A stretch of 64,000 nt of DNA from Oceanispirochaeta sp. (GCA_963666275.2 CAXXOA010000001.1:992001-1056000), one strand, 5' to 3'; counted from the first letter of the stretch, positions 1 to 11,040 are shown. Notes: a model not told the origin generated them from the sequence alone. Translations and numbers: made by a program.

Positions 1-471
1 AAAATCCTTGAAAAAGGACAGGCCTACTGCGAAGTTGCTCCCTGCGGTCTGGCCGCCCGTGACAGCCTCCGGTTTGAACCGGGATTTCCCCTCTACGGCC
101 ATGAACTGAATGAGACCGTCCTTCCTCCGGAAGCCCTGTTGAAATGGGCCTGCGATTTCTCCACACCCTTTATGGGAAAAGAAGCTGTAGAGAGCCTGCT
201 CGAAAAGGGACTGGAGCGGAAACTGATGACATTCAAACTGATCGACAAGGGGGTTCCCCGGGAGGGCTATGAGATCCTTGCTGAAGACGGAACAGTTATC
301 GGTGAAGTTGTGAGCGGTCTGTACGCCCCTACGGTGGATCTTTACTGCGGGAACGGTTTTGTCCCCGCCGAATACTGCAAAGCCGGTACAAAGATAGGAA
401 TCAGCGTCCGGAGACGGGTTAAAGCGGCGGAAGTTGTCAAACGTCCTTTATATAAACCAAGTTACCGTTAA
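1..471 (+). CDS. gcvT: Glycine cleavage system aminomethyltransferase T, 3' part (runs off the window start)
   Basis: Frame open from base 1: KILEKG...PCGLAARDSLRFEPGFPLYGHEL...PREGY...GEVVSG; directly upstream of gcvH. Confidence 0.95.
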   Translation, partial: KILEKGQAYCEVAPCGLAARDSLRFEPGFPLYGHELNETVLPPEALLKWACDFSTPFMGKEAVESLLEKGLERKLMTFKLIDKGVPREGYEILAEDGTVIGEVVSGLYAPTVDLYCGNGFVPAEYCKAGTKIGISVRRRVKAAEVVKRPLYKPSYR

Positions 472-501
472 AATAGAAAAGAGAAAAAGAAACAGGAGAT
501 T

Positions 502-882
502 GTGAACATGGAGATCAAGTATTCGAAAACTCATGAATGGGCAGGCAAAGAGGGCGATCTTTTTATCTGCGGGCTCAGCGATTACGCACAGGACAAAATC
601 GGCGATGTTGTATTCGTCGAACTTCCCGAAGTGGGAAAAGAAGTAAAACAGGATGAACCCTTCGGCGTCATTGAATCGGTTAAAGCCGCCAATGATCTGT
701 ACTCTCCCCTGAACGGAGAAGTCGTTGAGGTCAATGAGGAGCTGGAAGATCAGCCCGAACTTGTAAACTCTTCTCCTCTGTCAGAAGGATGGATCTGCAA
801 AATCAAAGTTTCCGATGACAGTTTTGACAAACTTATGACGGAAGATGAGTATAAAGCGTTTCTGGAAGAACAGGACGATTAA
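502..882 (+). CDS. gcvH: Glycine cleavage system H protein
   Basis: YSKTHEW, GLSDYAQDKIGDVVFVELP, lipoyl-lysine motif ESVKAA; AGGAG RBS upstream. Confidence 0.97.
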   Translation: MNMEIKYSKTHEWAGKEGDLFICGLSDYAQDKIGDVVFVELPEVGKEVKQDEPFGVIESVKAANDLYSPLNGEVVEVNEELEDQPELVNSSPLSEGWICKIKVSDDSFDKLMTEDEYKAFLEEQDD

Positions 883-916
883 AAAGGGGCTGCCGGCAGG
901 CAGCCGGTGCCTTTTT
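883..916 (+). terminator. Hairpin with T-run between gcvH and gcvPA (terminator or attenuator-like)
   Basis: aaagg-g-gctgcc-ggca-ggcagc-cggtg-ccttttt. Confidence 0.45.
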
Positions 917-1001
917 AATCAAAGCGTCAGGTATCTTTTTCTCCGAAAAAGTACCGGGAGCGCAATAAAGATTAAGAAAAGGGAATCAGGAGTTTATTAA
1001 G

Positions 1002-2294
1002 GTGAATTACACACCCCATACCCGGTCGGACCGGGAAAAAATGATGGAATTTCTGGGGATTGAGAGTCTGGAAGAGCTGTTTGAGGCTGTCCCCGGGTCT
1101 CACCGGTTTCCGGAAGTGGCTCTGCCCGACGGCATGGCCGAACAGGATGTTCTCAGGGAACTTCGGCGCTTATCAGAAAAAAATACAAGCTCTGAATCAA
1201 CCCACTGGTTTCTCGGAGGGGGCGTTTACAGGCATTATATCCCCTCAGTTGTAGACAGTATCATTTCCCGGGGGGAGTTTTTTACCGCCTATACTCCCTA
1301 TCAGCCAGAGGTCAGCCAGGGAACCCTTCAGGCCATATTCGAATTTCAGACCATGATTGCCGAACTCTATGGAATGGAAGTGGTCAATGCGTCTCACTAT
1401 GACGGCGCTACGGCCATGGCGGAAGCGGCCCTTATGGCCATCCGTTCCTCCCGGGGCAGAAAAAAAATCCTTCTGGATGAGGGGATACATCCCGAGTACA
1501 GAGAGGTTCTTGAAACCTACCTGTCCGGTTCGGAAGGCTACATAGGAGAGGGAGAGCCCGATGACGAGACGGCCTGTTTCATTCTGGCCTTTCCCTCCTT
1601 TACAGGGCAGCTGAAGGATATGAAAGCCATCGGCGAAAAGGTGCACGCAGCGGGGGCTCTCTATGTGGTCCATGCGGATCCTCTTGCCTGCGGGCTCTTC
1701 CTGTCTCCCGGTGAGGCCGGCGCGGACATCGTGACCGGTGAAGGTCAGCCCCTGGGAATCTCCATGAACGCGGGAGGCCCCCTGCTGGGACTTTTCGCCA
1801 CCACCAAAAAGCTGATCCGGAAGATGCCAGGACGGGTGATCGGCAAGACCAGCGATACGGACGGACGTAACGGCTGTGTTCTGACCTTTTCGGCCAGAGA
1901 GCAGCATATCCGCCGGGAAAAGGCTACCAGTAATATCTGCTCCAACCAGGGGCTCATGGCTCTGGCCGCCGCTGTCTATATGGCCGCCATGGGAAAACAG
2001 GGCATTCAGGATACAGCGAAACTCTGTTATGACAAGGCCGTCTATGCGGCCGGTGAGATCAATAAGCTCGATGGCTACTCTGTGGATCTGTCAAAGCCGT
2101 TTTTCAGGGAGTTTTCTGTCACCTGCCCGATGGATGCGGATCTGATCGCTTCCCGGCTGAAAGAGAAGGATATTATTCCCGGGCTTCCTCTGGGGAGTTT
2201 CGGACGGGAGAACGAATTGCTGGTCTGTGTAACCGAACTGAATGAGAAGAGTGAGATTGATCTGCTGGTGCAGGCGTTGAAGGAGGCTGTGTAA
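1002..2294 (+). CDS. gcvPA: Glycine dehydrogenase (decarboxylating) subunit 1
   Basis: FLGGGVYRHYIP, EFFTAYTPYQPEVSQGTLQ, REQHIRREKATSNICSNQ. Confidence 0.97.
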   Translation: MNYTPHTRSDREKMMEFLGIESLEELFEAVPGSHRFPEVALPDGMAEQDVLRELRRLSEKNTSSESTHWFLGGGVYRHYIPSVVDSIISRGEFFTAYTPYQPEVSQGTLQAIFEFQTMIAELYGMEVVNASHYDGATAMAEAALMAIRSSRGRKKILLDEGIHPEYREVLETYLSGSEGYIGEGEPDDETACFILAFPSFTGQLKDMKAIGEKVHAAGALYVVHADPLACGLFLSPGEAGADIVTGEGQPLGISMNAGGPLLGLFATTKKLIRKMPGRVIGKTSDTDGRNGCVLTFSAREQHIRREKATSNICSNQGLMALAAAVYMAAMGKQGIQDTAKLCYDKAVYAAGEINKLDGYSVDLSKPFFREFSVTCPMDADLIASRLKEKDIIPGLPLGSFGRENELLVCVTELNEKSEIDLLVQALKEAV

Positions 2295-2295
2295 A

Positions 2296-3753
2296 ATGAA
2301 TAACGATACTGTTTCCTCCCTGTGGAATATCAGTCAGCCCGGCAGAAGGGCCGTGGAAATACCCTCTTCGGATGTTCCTGCCGCGGATATCCCGGGGTTT
2401 CTGAAAAGGGGAAGTGCCCCCGAACTGCCCGAAGTGGGGACCCTGGATCTGGTACGACACTATACTCGTCTTTCCCAGCTCAACTTCAGCATCGACTCCC
2501 ATTTTTATCCTCTGGGATCCTGTACTATGAAGTACAACCCCAGGATTAATGAGAAAACGGCCAGGATGGATGGGTTTGCAAACTCTCATCCCTATCTGAC
2601 AGAGTCGGAAATGCAGGGAAATCTGGAGCTTATGTTCAATCTTCAGGAAGCCCTTATGGAAGTCTCAGGCTTTAAAGCGGTGAGTCTGCAGCCTGCTGCA
2701 GGAGCCCATGGCGAGCTCGCTGGTGTTCTTATGATCAAGAAGTACCATCAGTCCCGCGGCGATACGGCCAGAACCCGCTTCCTTATACCCGATTCGGCTC
2801 ACGGAACCAATCCTGCCTCTGTCGCCATGGCCGGTTTTGATGCGGTAGAAGTTCCCTCGGATAAACGGGGAAATATCGATCTGGCCCGGCTGAAGGAACT
2901 GTGTGATGAAACTGTGGCGGGAATCATGATCACGAACCCCAATACTCTGGGGCTTTTTGAAGAGCAGATTCTGGAAGTTCTGGATACGGTGCATCAGTGC
3001 GGCGGTCTGGCCTACGGAGACGGTGCCAACTTCAATGCCATTATGGGAGTTGCCAAACCGGGAGAACTGGGCTTTGATGTTCTCCATTTCAATCTCCACA
3101 AAACATTCAGTACCCCCCATGGCGGCGGCGGACCCGGTGCGGGACCTGTCGGCGTGGGAGACGCTCTGGAACCCTTCCTGCCCGGACCGATTGTTGTTGA
3201 ATCCGAAGACAATCCCGGAGAATATGAGTTCTATATGCCTTCCGAGTCTATCGGCCGGCTCAAAAGTTTTTACGGAAATTTCGGCGTTCTTGTGAGAGCC
3301 TATACCTATATGCTTTCCCTGGGCGGAGAGGGCATGAAAGACGCCACCTTTATGGCTGTTCTCAATGCCAACTACCTGAGAAAAAAGGTGGAGGATATTT
3401 TTCCCCCCTGGTATGACAGGCCCTGTATGCATGAGTTTGTCTCCTCAGGAGAGAGCGCTCCCGGAGGAATTCACACAATGGATATTGCCAAAAGGCTTAT
3501 CGATTACGGATTCCATCCCCCTACGGTCTATTTTCCTCTGATTGTTCCCGAAGCGTTCATGGTGGAACCCACGGAAACGGAAAGTCTGGAGACTCTGGAT
3601 GCCTTTTCCGATGCTCTTCATGAAATTGCCCGGGAGGCGGTGGAAGAGCCGGACCTGCTCCACCAGGCCCCCCATCAGAGGCTGGTGAACCGGCTGGACG
3701 AAGTTCAGGCAGTAAGGAATCCTGTTCTGAGGGATGCTGTAAAAAGAATCTAA
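2296..3753 (+). CDS. gcvPB: Glycine dehydrogenase (decarboxylating) subunit 2
   Basis: YPLGSCTMKYNP, SAHGTNPAS, PLP-lysine motif NLHKTFSTPHGGGGPG. Confidence 0.97.
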   Translation: MNNDTVSSLWNISQPGRRAVEIPSSDVPAADIPGFLKRGSAPELPEVGTLDLVRHYTRLSQLNFSIDSHFYPLGSCTMKYNPRINEKTARMDGFANSHPYLTESEMQGNLELMFNLQEALMEVSGFKAVSLQPAAGAHGELAGVLMIKKYHQSRGDTARTRFLIPDSAHGTNPASVAMAGFDAVEVPSDKRGNIDLARLKELCDETVAGIMITNPNTLGLFEEQILEVLDTVHQCGGLAYGDGANFNAIMGVAKPGELGFDVLHFNLHKTFSTPHGGGGPGAGPVGVGDALEPFLPGPIVVESEDNPGEYEFYMPSESIGRLKSFYGNFGVLVRAYTYMLSLGGEGMKDATFMAVLNANYLRKKVEDIFPPWYDRPCMHEFVSSGESAPGGIHTMDIAKRLIDYGFHPPTVYFPLIVPEAFMVEPTETESLETLDAFSDALHEIAREAVEEPDLLHQAPHQRLVNRLDEVQAVRNPVLRDAVKRI

Positions 3754-5747
3754 AACAGGGAGGTCCGGATTTTCCGGACCTTGCTTATCTTTCTCACGGG
3801 GCAGCTGAAGGATTTATCCGGCAGTTCCGTCCCGAAGAGAATATCGTCCTGATTATCTTTTCCCTGCTCCAGCGAGCGGGGGATGATTCTGTGGGTAATC
3901 AGGTCGTAATCCTCCGTGGGAAGGGTCACATCCAGCTGGTAGGCTCTGTTTCCCATCACCGCTTTTATCATGCGCAGTTTTCCCTGGTAGTCCAGGCCTT
4001 TCACAGTTGTCAGTTCTTTCCGGACCGCAGCCGGCTGAATCTGATCTTCCCGGTAGAGAACCCCTCTTTCTATTCTGCTCAGCAGTTCCTCTTTCTCCTC
4101 ATCCGACAGGGACTTATGATTCAAAACCATCTCTTTCAGAGGCTCTCTGTAGGACAGGTCAAAATCTGTATCGGAAGGGAGATTGTTTTTTCCCGGAGGG
4201 AAGAGAGGGGGATGGTCTGTCAGTTTTACAGTATAGTTTTCCGCCGCTTTGACCCGGGCTCCCGGATTGATAAGAGCCGGAACGGAGTCCAGTCCGATCT
4301 CGGCCAGTGCCAGTTCCCATTCGTGACGGTCTTCTTTCGCCAAAAGATAGTATCCCTCTCCCAGCTCCCTTTTTATCAGGTTTTTCAGCCGGGCACTCCT
4401 TTCGATCAGGGGGATCCTCTCTCTGCCGACTTCCAGGACCACACCTTCCCAGAGGCGGATACTGTGGTAGTTCTCCTCCCAGTCTTTCAGGGAAAAGAGG
4501 ATGTTCTGGGGGATCTCCACAGAGAAGCGTTCATCCAGCTCCATCTGCAGTTCCTCCAGGGAGAGTCCGGCTTTCAGGAAATTCCTGAATGAGAGGCTGG
4601 AAAGGGTGAGCTGGGCAAAGGCATCGTAACGCTCGCAGGTCAAAGAGAGCGCCAGGGGCAGGCTGAAGGGCGATTCCGGAGTCAGGTTGGCATCAAATGT
4701 GGCCTGGAGGAAAAACGCCGGGCTTTCCGGTGCTGTTTTTCCCAGCAGCTCGGTTACCATGGGATGAATGTACCAGGCCTGACCATCGGTATGAAAAAAG
4801 TTGAAAAGCTTGAGTATCCGGACCATATGGGCGGGGCTCAGCATATTCTCTTCTCTTTCTATCACCCTGATCTGAAGGAGCTGGACCATTTTTTCAAGCT
4901 CTTTTGTCTCCAGTCCTCCCCGGGAGGGAAACTGGCTGGCCAGAGTACTGATCAGAGTCATACAGGATGCGAGCTTCGCAGTGGAACTGGTACAGAGGGC
5001 TGCCCAGACCCACAAAAGCTGGTCATTGCCGTTCAGCCGGGAGAAAGTTTTGAGATTATTTATCCTGAACTTCCACTGACCCGCCGATTCGCTGAGGAGC
5101 TTCAGTGTTTTCAGTGCATTCAGAAGCAGGTGAAGCCGTTCATTGGGCTCATCGGAAAAACCCGCTGCGGGAAATATCTGGGTCAGAGCCGAAGTGAATC
5201 TTTTTTTAAAGGAACCGTCGTTGTTGCATATTTTCAGGTCCTCCTTGAGGAGGGAGAAAAAACAGATCAGAAAAGACCCGTTTATCAGGGGCAGGACACG
5301 GGGGACGGGAGGTTCGGTCTCCCTGATTTCCACGATGGTATAGGGAGACAGCCTATCCAGGATCTCCTGGGGCAGAAGCGGGGACAGGATGTATCCCGGT
5401 TTCCCCCCTGCCTTTCTGAAAAACAGAAGGAGTCTCTCCTCCAGGCTGATAAGCCGGTTCTGGATCTCCGCCGGAGCCATAAAAGGGCCGAAAAGGTTGA
5501 TCAGATCCTGAAGGGAGGCCTGGCCGAACCATCTGGCCGCAGAGAGAATCTTCAGATCCGTAGGGCCCAGAGATACCTGAAGGGCTTTTATATAGTCGTG
5601 GCGGGTGAGACGGACTGCCAGTTTGTCAAGCAGATCGTTTTTGTCGTAGGGAGTTTCCACCCCGCCCAGATAGTTGTTCATGATTTCCATAAAGGCCGGA
5701 TCCGGAAGACTCCGGATCAGAGTATTCCACTCTTCCTGTCCATTCAT
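3750..5747 (-). CDS. Helicase-associated (XPB partner) domain protein
   Basis: 665 aa ORF overlapping the XPB stop; internal IPQNILFSLKDW segment resembles the XPB N-terminal/helicase-associated domain (VPDNVNYFI in XPB). Confidence 0.7.
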   Translation of the reverse strand: MNGQEEWNTLIRSLPDPAFMEIMNNYLGGVETPYDKNDLLDKLAVRLTRHDYIKALQVSLGPTDLKILSAARWFGQASLQDLINLFGPFMAPAEIQNRLISLEERLLLFFRKAGGKPGYILSPLLPQEILDRLSPYTIVEIRETEPPVPRVLPLINGSFLICFFSLLKEDLKICNNDGSFKKRFTSALTQIFPAAGFSDEPNERLHLLLNALKTLKLLSESAGQWKFRINNLKTFSRLNGNDQLLWVWAALCTSSTAKLASCMTLISTLASQFPSRGGLETKELEKMVQLLQIRVIEREENMLSPAHMVRILKLFNFFHTDGQAWYIHPMVTELLGKTAPESPAFFLQATFDANLTPESPFSLPLALSLTCERYDAFAQLTLSSLSFRNFLKAGLSLEELQMELDERFSVEIPQNILFSLKDWEENYHSIRLWEGVVLEVGRERIPLIERSARLKNLIKRELGEGYYLLAKEDRHEWELALAEIGLDSVPALINPGARVKAAENYTVKLTDHPPLFPPGKNNLPSDTDFDLSYREPLKEMVLNHKSLSDEEKEELLSRIERGVLYREDQIQPAAVRKELTTVKGLDYQGKLRMIKAVMGNRAYQLDVTLPTEDYDLITHRIIPRSLEQGKDNQDDILFGTELPDKSFSCPVRKISKVRKIRTSLF

Positions 5748-7417
5748 AATTCTTCCACTCCCAGGGATATAGTGTACTGGTATCCCTGTTCGGTCAGGAA
5801 TTTCTGCCGGTTGGCCGCATACTGCTCTTCCAGTGTATAACGGCTTACAAGAGAGTAGAACCAGGAGTCTTTCTCTTTGGGCCGGAGGATCCGTCCCAGT
5901 CTCTGGGCTTCCTCCTGACGGGATCCGAAGGTTCCCGATACCTGTACTGCCACCGAGGCATCAGGCAGGTCAATGGCAAAGTTGGCAACTTTGGATACCA
6001 CAATGATACGGGACCGGCCCTGGCGGAAGTCGTCATAGATGACTTCTCTCTCTTTGTTGGGCGTCTGACCTGTGATCAGAGGGGCTTTCAGAATCTTTGC
6101 CAGGGTTTTCAGCTGATTCACGTACTGACCGATGATAAGGATCGAATCGTCCGGATGGCGCTGGATGATCTTTTTAACAAGCTCCGGTTTGTCAGGATTT
6201 TCCGCGGCCATTCTGAACTTCTGCCGTTTATCCGCAATGGCATAGGAGACTTTCAGGCTTTCGGGAAGATCCAGGCGGATCTCGTGGCACCAGGCCGTGG
6301 CGATCCATCCCCCCGCTTCCAGCTCCTTCCAGGGGACATCGTAGCGTTTGGGCCCAACCAGGGAGAATACATCCTCTTCGGCCCCGTCTTCTCTGACCAG
6401 AGTCGCCGTCAGTCCGAGTCTCCGGACCGCCTGAATTTCTGCGGTAACCCGGAAAACCGGGGCGGGCAGCAGGTGGACTTCATCGTAGACGATCAGTCCC
6501 CAGTTGCCTTTCCGGAACAGAGAGAAATGGGGGAAATCGTGTTCCTTGTCCTTCCGCCATACAAGGATCTGATAGGTCCCTATGGTGATCGGACGGATCT
6601 CTTTTTTATCTCCCGTGTACTCGCCGATATCCTCTTCTTTCAGATCCGTCTTCTCCAGGAGTTCCCGTTTCCACTGATGCACCGCTGCCACATTTGTGGT
6701 CAGGATGAGAGTACTTGTCTGCAGGCGGCTCATGGCGGTCATGCCTATAACGGTTTTTCCGCCTCCGCAGGGGACTACGACCGTACCGAAACCGGTCCCG
6801 GGCTGATTCTTGCCTATGAAGGATTTGACCGCATCCTCCTGATAGTCCCTGATTTCAAAAGTCTTTCCGTTGGGAAGCGTTTCTTTCAGCCCGATCGGGC
6901 AGGGGTCCCCCTCTTTCAGGGGCGCCAGGTCTTCCACGGGAAATCCTGCTTTGATCAGAACCAGTTTGATGGTTCCCCTGTCGACGAGCTGTAGGTAAAA
7001 ACCGCCTTCACCGGGGGTTAAGTATTTTTTAAGACTCTTAAGATGACCGATTTCCAGTGCCAGAGTGGGATCTTCGATTTTAAGGAAAAGTACATTTTCA
7101 TCTTCCGTGGCTTCCAGTTTCAGCATGCCGTACCGGGAGAGGGTGCTGCGGATAAAATAGTTGACATTATCCGGAACGGGAAACCGGGAGTGTCTGTCCA
7201 GGGCATCGATGATCTCCTGTTCTCCCATACCCGCAGACGCGGCATTCCAGAGAGACAGAGGGCTCATACGGTAGGTGTGGATATGCTCCGGAGATTTCTC
7301 AAGTTCAGAAAAAGGGGATATGTCCGACCGGGCTTCTTCGAATCCCGGATTGTGAACATCCAGCAGCAGTGAGTGGTCTCCCTGTACTATCAGGGAACGA
7401 TTAAGGGCATCAGTCAT
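5744..7417 (-). CDS. DNA repair helicase XPB (Rad25/Ssl2 family)
   Basis: LIVQGDHSLLLDV, ELEKSPEHIHTYR, PCGGGKT, DEVH, GLTATLVRED, QRLGRILRPK. Confidence 0.95.
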   Translation of the reverse strand: MTDALNRSLIVQGDHSLLLDVHNPGFEEARSDISPFSELEKSPEHIHTYRMSPLSLWNAASAGMGEQEIIDALDRHSRFPVPDNVNYFIRSTLSRYGMLKLEATEDENVLFLKIEDPTLALEIGHLKSLKKYLTPGEGGFYLQLVDRGTIKLVLIKAGFPVEDLAPLKEGDPCPIGLKETLPNGKTFEIRDYQEDAVKSFIGKNQPGTGFGTVVVPCGGGKTVIGMTAMSRLQTSTLILTTNVAAVHQWKRELLEKTDLKEEDIGEYTGDKKEIRPITIGTYQILVWRKDKEHDFPHFSLFRKGNWGLIVYDEVHLLPAPVFRVTAEIQAVRRLGLTATLVREDGAEEDVFSLVGPKRYDVPWKELEAGGWIATAWCHEIRLDLPESLKVSYAIADKRQKFRMAAENPDKPELVKKIIQRHPDDSILIIGQYVNQLKTLAKILKAPLITGQTPNKEREVIYDDFRQGRSRIIVVSKVANFAIDLPDASVAVQVSGTFGSRQEEAQRLGRILRPKEKDSWFYSLVSRYTLEEQYAANRQKFLTEQGYQYTISLGVEEL

Positions 7418-7561
7418 AAACAGCTATTGTATCTTTTATAGGGAATTATGACAACATTACCGGGGTCATGGGAATTCCGGATACAGAGGGGTGGGATGGC
7501 TCTTCCCGGGGAAATCAGGGGGATTTGTAATTCTTTCGCGGATAGACGAAAATTTCTTTGT

Positions 7562-8989
7562 ATGAAAAGACATATCAATTTTTCCATGACCAAAATTATC
7601 GGAACCATTGGTCCTGCCAGCCGGGACCCGTCTGTTTTAGGTGAAATGATTGACCGGGGTCTGAATATAGTCAGGCTCAACTGCTCCCACGCGGGGCCGG
7701 ATGCGCTGGAAGGACTTATCAGGGATGTCAGGGAAGCCAGCCGTCTGAAAGAGGAACCACTGTCGATCCTGGCGGATCTGGGTGGCCCCAAGATCCGTCT
7801 GGGAGTACTGCCTGCGGATCTTCCCGTCTCAACAGGGGATGAAATCATACTGACCGCGGCGGAGTCGGAGAATCCTCTGGAGAAAATTCCCGCCGGGTAT
7901 CCTGAACTGGCCAGGGATCTCGCCCCGGGAAACAGGATCCTGATCGATGACGGTCTTGTTCAGCTGCAGGTTCTGCAGGTGGAGGATCCTGACATCCGCT
8001 GCCTTGTGATGAACGACGGGGTTCTGAAATCCCGGAAGGGGATCAACCTTCCCGGTGTGAATGTAAGTCTCTCCTCGCTCACCGAAAAGGACAGGCAGGA
8101 TATCGATTTTCTTGTGACCCAGCCCATCGACTACATTGCCCTGTCTTTTGTCAGGCGGCGGGAGGATATCCGGGAGCTCCGGGAACTGCTGCATTCCAAA
8201 GGCAGGAATATCCCGATCATAGCCAAGATCGAGAAGCCTGAAGCTGTCAGTGATCTGGAGGGCATTGTGGAAGAGACCGATATGGTCATGGTTGCCAGAG
8301 GGGATCTGGGAGTGGAGATGGCAACCCAGGAGGTTCCTCTGCTCCAGAAAAAGATCATCTCCGTTTGCAACAGGATGAACAAGCCTGTGATTACGGCCAC
8401 CCAGATGCTGGATTCGATGATCCACAATCCCCGTCCCACCCGGGCCGAGGCTTCCGACGTGGCCAATGCGGTATTTGACGGAACCGATGCGGTTATGCTC
8501 AGCGGAGAAACCTCGGTGGGGAAGTACCCTCTGGAAACTGTTGAAACCATGGCCAGTATTGTCAGGGCCGCAGAGGAGCACCGCTCACCCGAACAGATCC
8601 TGTTTCTCAGGCGGCGGGAAGGGAAGATGAGTATAGAGGACTCTATCTGCCACTCCGCCTGCATCATGGCCGAAGAGAACGATGCCGCCGCCATCATCTG
8701 TCTGACCAGATCGGGCAGAACCGCCAGGAAGCTCTCCCGGTTCCGATCCCGGGTACCGGTTCTGGCGTTTACCGAGGAGCTGGAGACGCTGCGGTATCTG
8801 AATATTTTCTGGGGGGTCCAGGCCGAACTGATCGACAGCGTGAAAGACACGGACTACACCCTCCATAAAGCGGCGGGTCTGGCTCTGGAACTGGGGTATA
8901 TCAAAAAAGGGGATACCGTGGTGTTCACCGCCGGAATCCCTCTGGTGGAGAGCCTTTATACAAATATGCTCAAAGTGGACAGGGTCTGA
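7562..8989 (+). CDS. pyk: Pyruvate kinase
   Basis: TKIIGTIGPAS, RLNCSH, DLGGPKIR, IIAKIE, MVARGDLGVE, ATQMLDSM, PTRAEASDV; start placed at ATG 7562. Confidence 0.97.
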   Translation: MKRHINFSMTKIIGTIGPASRDPSVLGEMIDRGLNIVRLNCSHAGPDALEGLIRDVREASRLKEEPLSILADLGGPKIRLGVLPADLPVSTGDEIILTAAESENPLEKIPAGYPELARDLAPGNRILIDDGLVQLQVLQVEDPDIRCLVMNDGVLKSRKGINLPGVNVSLSSLTEKDRQDIDFLVTQPIDYIALSFVRRREDIRELRELLHSKGRNIPIIAKIEKPEAVSDLEGIVEETDMVMVARGDLGVEMATQEVPLLQKKIISVCNRMNKPVITATQMLDSMIHNPRPTRAEASDVANAVFDGTDAVMLSGETSVGKYPLETVETMASIVRAAEEHRSPEQILFLRRREGKMSIEDSICHSACIMAEENDAAAIICLTRSGRTARKLSRFRSRVPVLAFTEELETLRYLNIFWGVQAELIDSVKDTDYTLHKAAGLALELGYIKKGDTVVFTAGIPLVESLYTNMLKVDRV

Positions 8990-9014
8990 TCAGACCCGGG
9001 GCGTCCCGCATCGT

Positions 9015-9923
9015 CTATTCCCCGCCGGGACGGGATTTTTCCCTGTTGGCCCGGCAGTTCTCCCTGAACTCATTGGGCGAGTAGTTGGTCAGCTTCTTCA
9101 GTACCGTACAGAAGTAGTTGCTTGATGAAAACCCCGCATCCAGGGCAATGCTTGTGATGGATTTGTCTGTGGTTCTCAGGAGCTTTTTGGCGAATTCCAG
9201 TTTTTTCAGGGTAATATAATTGGCCGGAGTGATGCCCACTTCCTCTTTGAATTTGATTTTGAACCGGGAGAGGGAGTACCCTGAAATCACGGCCAGCTCC
9301 TGCAGAAGGATGGATTCAAGATACTCTTTTTCGATATGTTCCATAACCCGTTTGATATTGGTATCCATGATCTTTTTCTCTTCCTGCCTGACAGGATGAA
9401 AATCGGGAATCTGAAAAAGGAAGCAGCTCAGATACTGAACCCCCAGTCTGAGAGAACCGGGATCGCCGTCACTGATATTTTTAAAGGCCTGTTTCAGCAG
9501 CTGCTGATCCATGGGAGAAAACCGCAGATGCCTGTGCTGCAGGTCCATAAGCGTTTCGTAGAGGGCCAGACTGTACTCTTCGTTGAGGCCCAGAAGGTTA
9601 TTGCTGTTTTTCACATTGATCTGGAATCCGTAGAAAGAGCAGGGGCTCAGATGGAAGTTGGAGCTGCTGTGGTTTTCAAAGGGAAAGGTAATGAAGAGCT
9701 CGTTCCCTGTGACTGTGAATTCCTTTCCATCCAGTTCCATCACCCTTTTTCCTTTTATAAGGCAGTGTATTTCCACAATATCCGAGTGGTGGTGCTCCGG
9801 TGTCGGGGGAGATGCCTTGGAGAGGTTCCAGTAGGCAAAATTTCCCAGTCCGGGGATTTTATGCTTCTCTCCGGGAATCACTTTTTTATGATCTTCCCAG
9901 CAGAAATCATCAAATATTTCCAT
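9015..9923 (-). CDS. AraC family transcriptional regulator
   Basis: N-terminal cupin (HHHSDIVEIH); C-terminal double HTH (SITSIALDAGFSSSNYF); divergent from a sugar operon. Confidence 0.93.
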   Translation of the reverse strand: MEIFDDFCWEDHKKVIPGEKHKIPGLGNFAYWNLSKASPPTPEHHHSDIVEIHCLIKGKRVMELDGKEFTVTGNELFITFPFENHSSSNFHLSPCSFYGFQINVKNSNNLLGLNEEYSLALYETLMDLQHRHLRFSPMDQQLLKQAFKNISDGDPGSLRLGVQYLSCFLFQIPDFHPVRQEEKKIMDTNIKRVMEHIEKEYLESILLQELAVISGYSLSRFKIKFKEEVGITPANYITLKKLEFAKKLLRTTDKSITSIALDAGFSSSNYFCTVLKKLTNYSPNEFRENCRANREKSRPGGE

Positions 9924-10070
9924 TAAGGACAGTCTCCTTAGCTGTATGCAATCGTACTAAATATTATATCGAATGTCATAATTCTGTTTACCCATTATAG
10001 TACAGCTATCCTTTTTATTGAAACCTTTTCAAAAAGGTTCTGAAAGCAAAACATAAGGAATATGGTTTAA

Positions 10071-10994
10071 ATGGAAAAAACAATAAAAGACGGCGTCTGG
10101 CCTGTCATGATAACCCCTTTTACGGAAGATGATAAAATTGACTACGATGGCGTCCTTGAAATTATCAATTGGTATGAATCCCAGGGCGTGTCCGGAATCT
10201 TTGCGGTCTGCCAGTCCAGTGAGATGTTCTTTCTCAGCAGAGAGGAGAGAATCGAGCTGGCCAGATTTGTCATAGACAATACAGATAAAAGCTGCGGAGT
10301 CATTGCTTCGGGGCATGTGGCTCAGTCTCTGGAAGAGCAGATCGATGATGCGAAAGCGATCATTGATGCCGGTGTGGATTCCTATGTGTTCATTTCCAAT
10401 CAGTTTGCAAAGGAAGGGGAGGGCGAAGATATTGCCAAAAAGAATATCGAAGCTCTTATCAGTCAGATTCCCGCTGAGAGTTTCGGTATCTACGAGTGTC
10501 CCCATCCCTACAAAAGGCTGGTGTCTCCGGAGCTTCTGAAGTGGTGCGCCGATACGGGACGTTTCTCTTTTCTGAAAGATACCTGCTGCAATATCCATGA
10601 GCTCAAGGCCAAACTGAAGGCTGTCGAGGGGAGCCCCCTGAAAATCTACAATGCCAATGCGGCGACCCTTCTGGAGAGCCTTCAGATGGGTGCTGCCGGA
10701 TACAGCGGTGTGATGGCGAACTTTCACGCCTCCCTGTATGTGTGGTTGTGCGAAAACTTCAAAACAGAGCCTGAAAAGGCTTCTCAGGTTCAGGACTTTC
10801 TGGGCATGGCCAGCATGACCGAGTGCCAGATGTATCCTGTGAACTCGAAATTCCACATGCAGCTGGAGGGACTGAATATCAACCTGTTCAGCCGGGTGCA
10901 GGATTTTACGGGTTTCTCTTCCAGCAGACAGATGGAGATTCAGCAGCTTCAGAGAACCGCCCGGATGTTCTCCGAAAAGATTCTAGGTTTGTGA
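10071..10994 (+). CDS. Dihydrodipicolinate synthase family aldolase/lyase
   Basis: GVWPVMITPF, GIFAVCQSSEMFFLS, IYECPHPY, Schiff-base FLKDT. Confidence 0.9.
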   Translation: MEKTIKDGVWPVMITPFTEDDKIDYDGVLEIINWYESQGVSGIFAVCQSSEMFFLSREERIELARFVIDNTDKSCGVIASGHVAQSLEEQIDDAKAIIDAGVDSYVFISNQFAKEGEGEDIAKKNIEALISQIPAESFGIYECPHPYKRLVSPELLKWCADTGRFSFLKDTCCNIHELKAKLKAVEGSPLKIYNANAATLLESLQMGAAGYSGVMANFHASLYVWLCENFKTEPEKASQVQDFLGMASMTECQMYPVNSKFHMQLEGLNINLFSRVQDFTGFSSSRQMEIQQLQRTARMFSEKILGL

Positions 10995-11040
10995 TTTAGC
11001 CCCGAGGGGTATAATGATATTTTCCAAATGGAGGAATAAA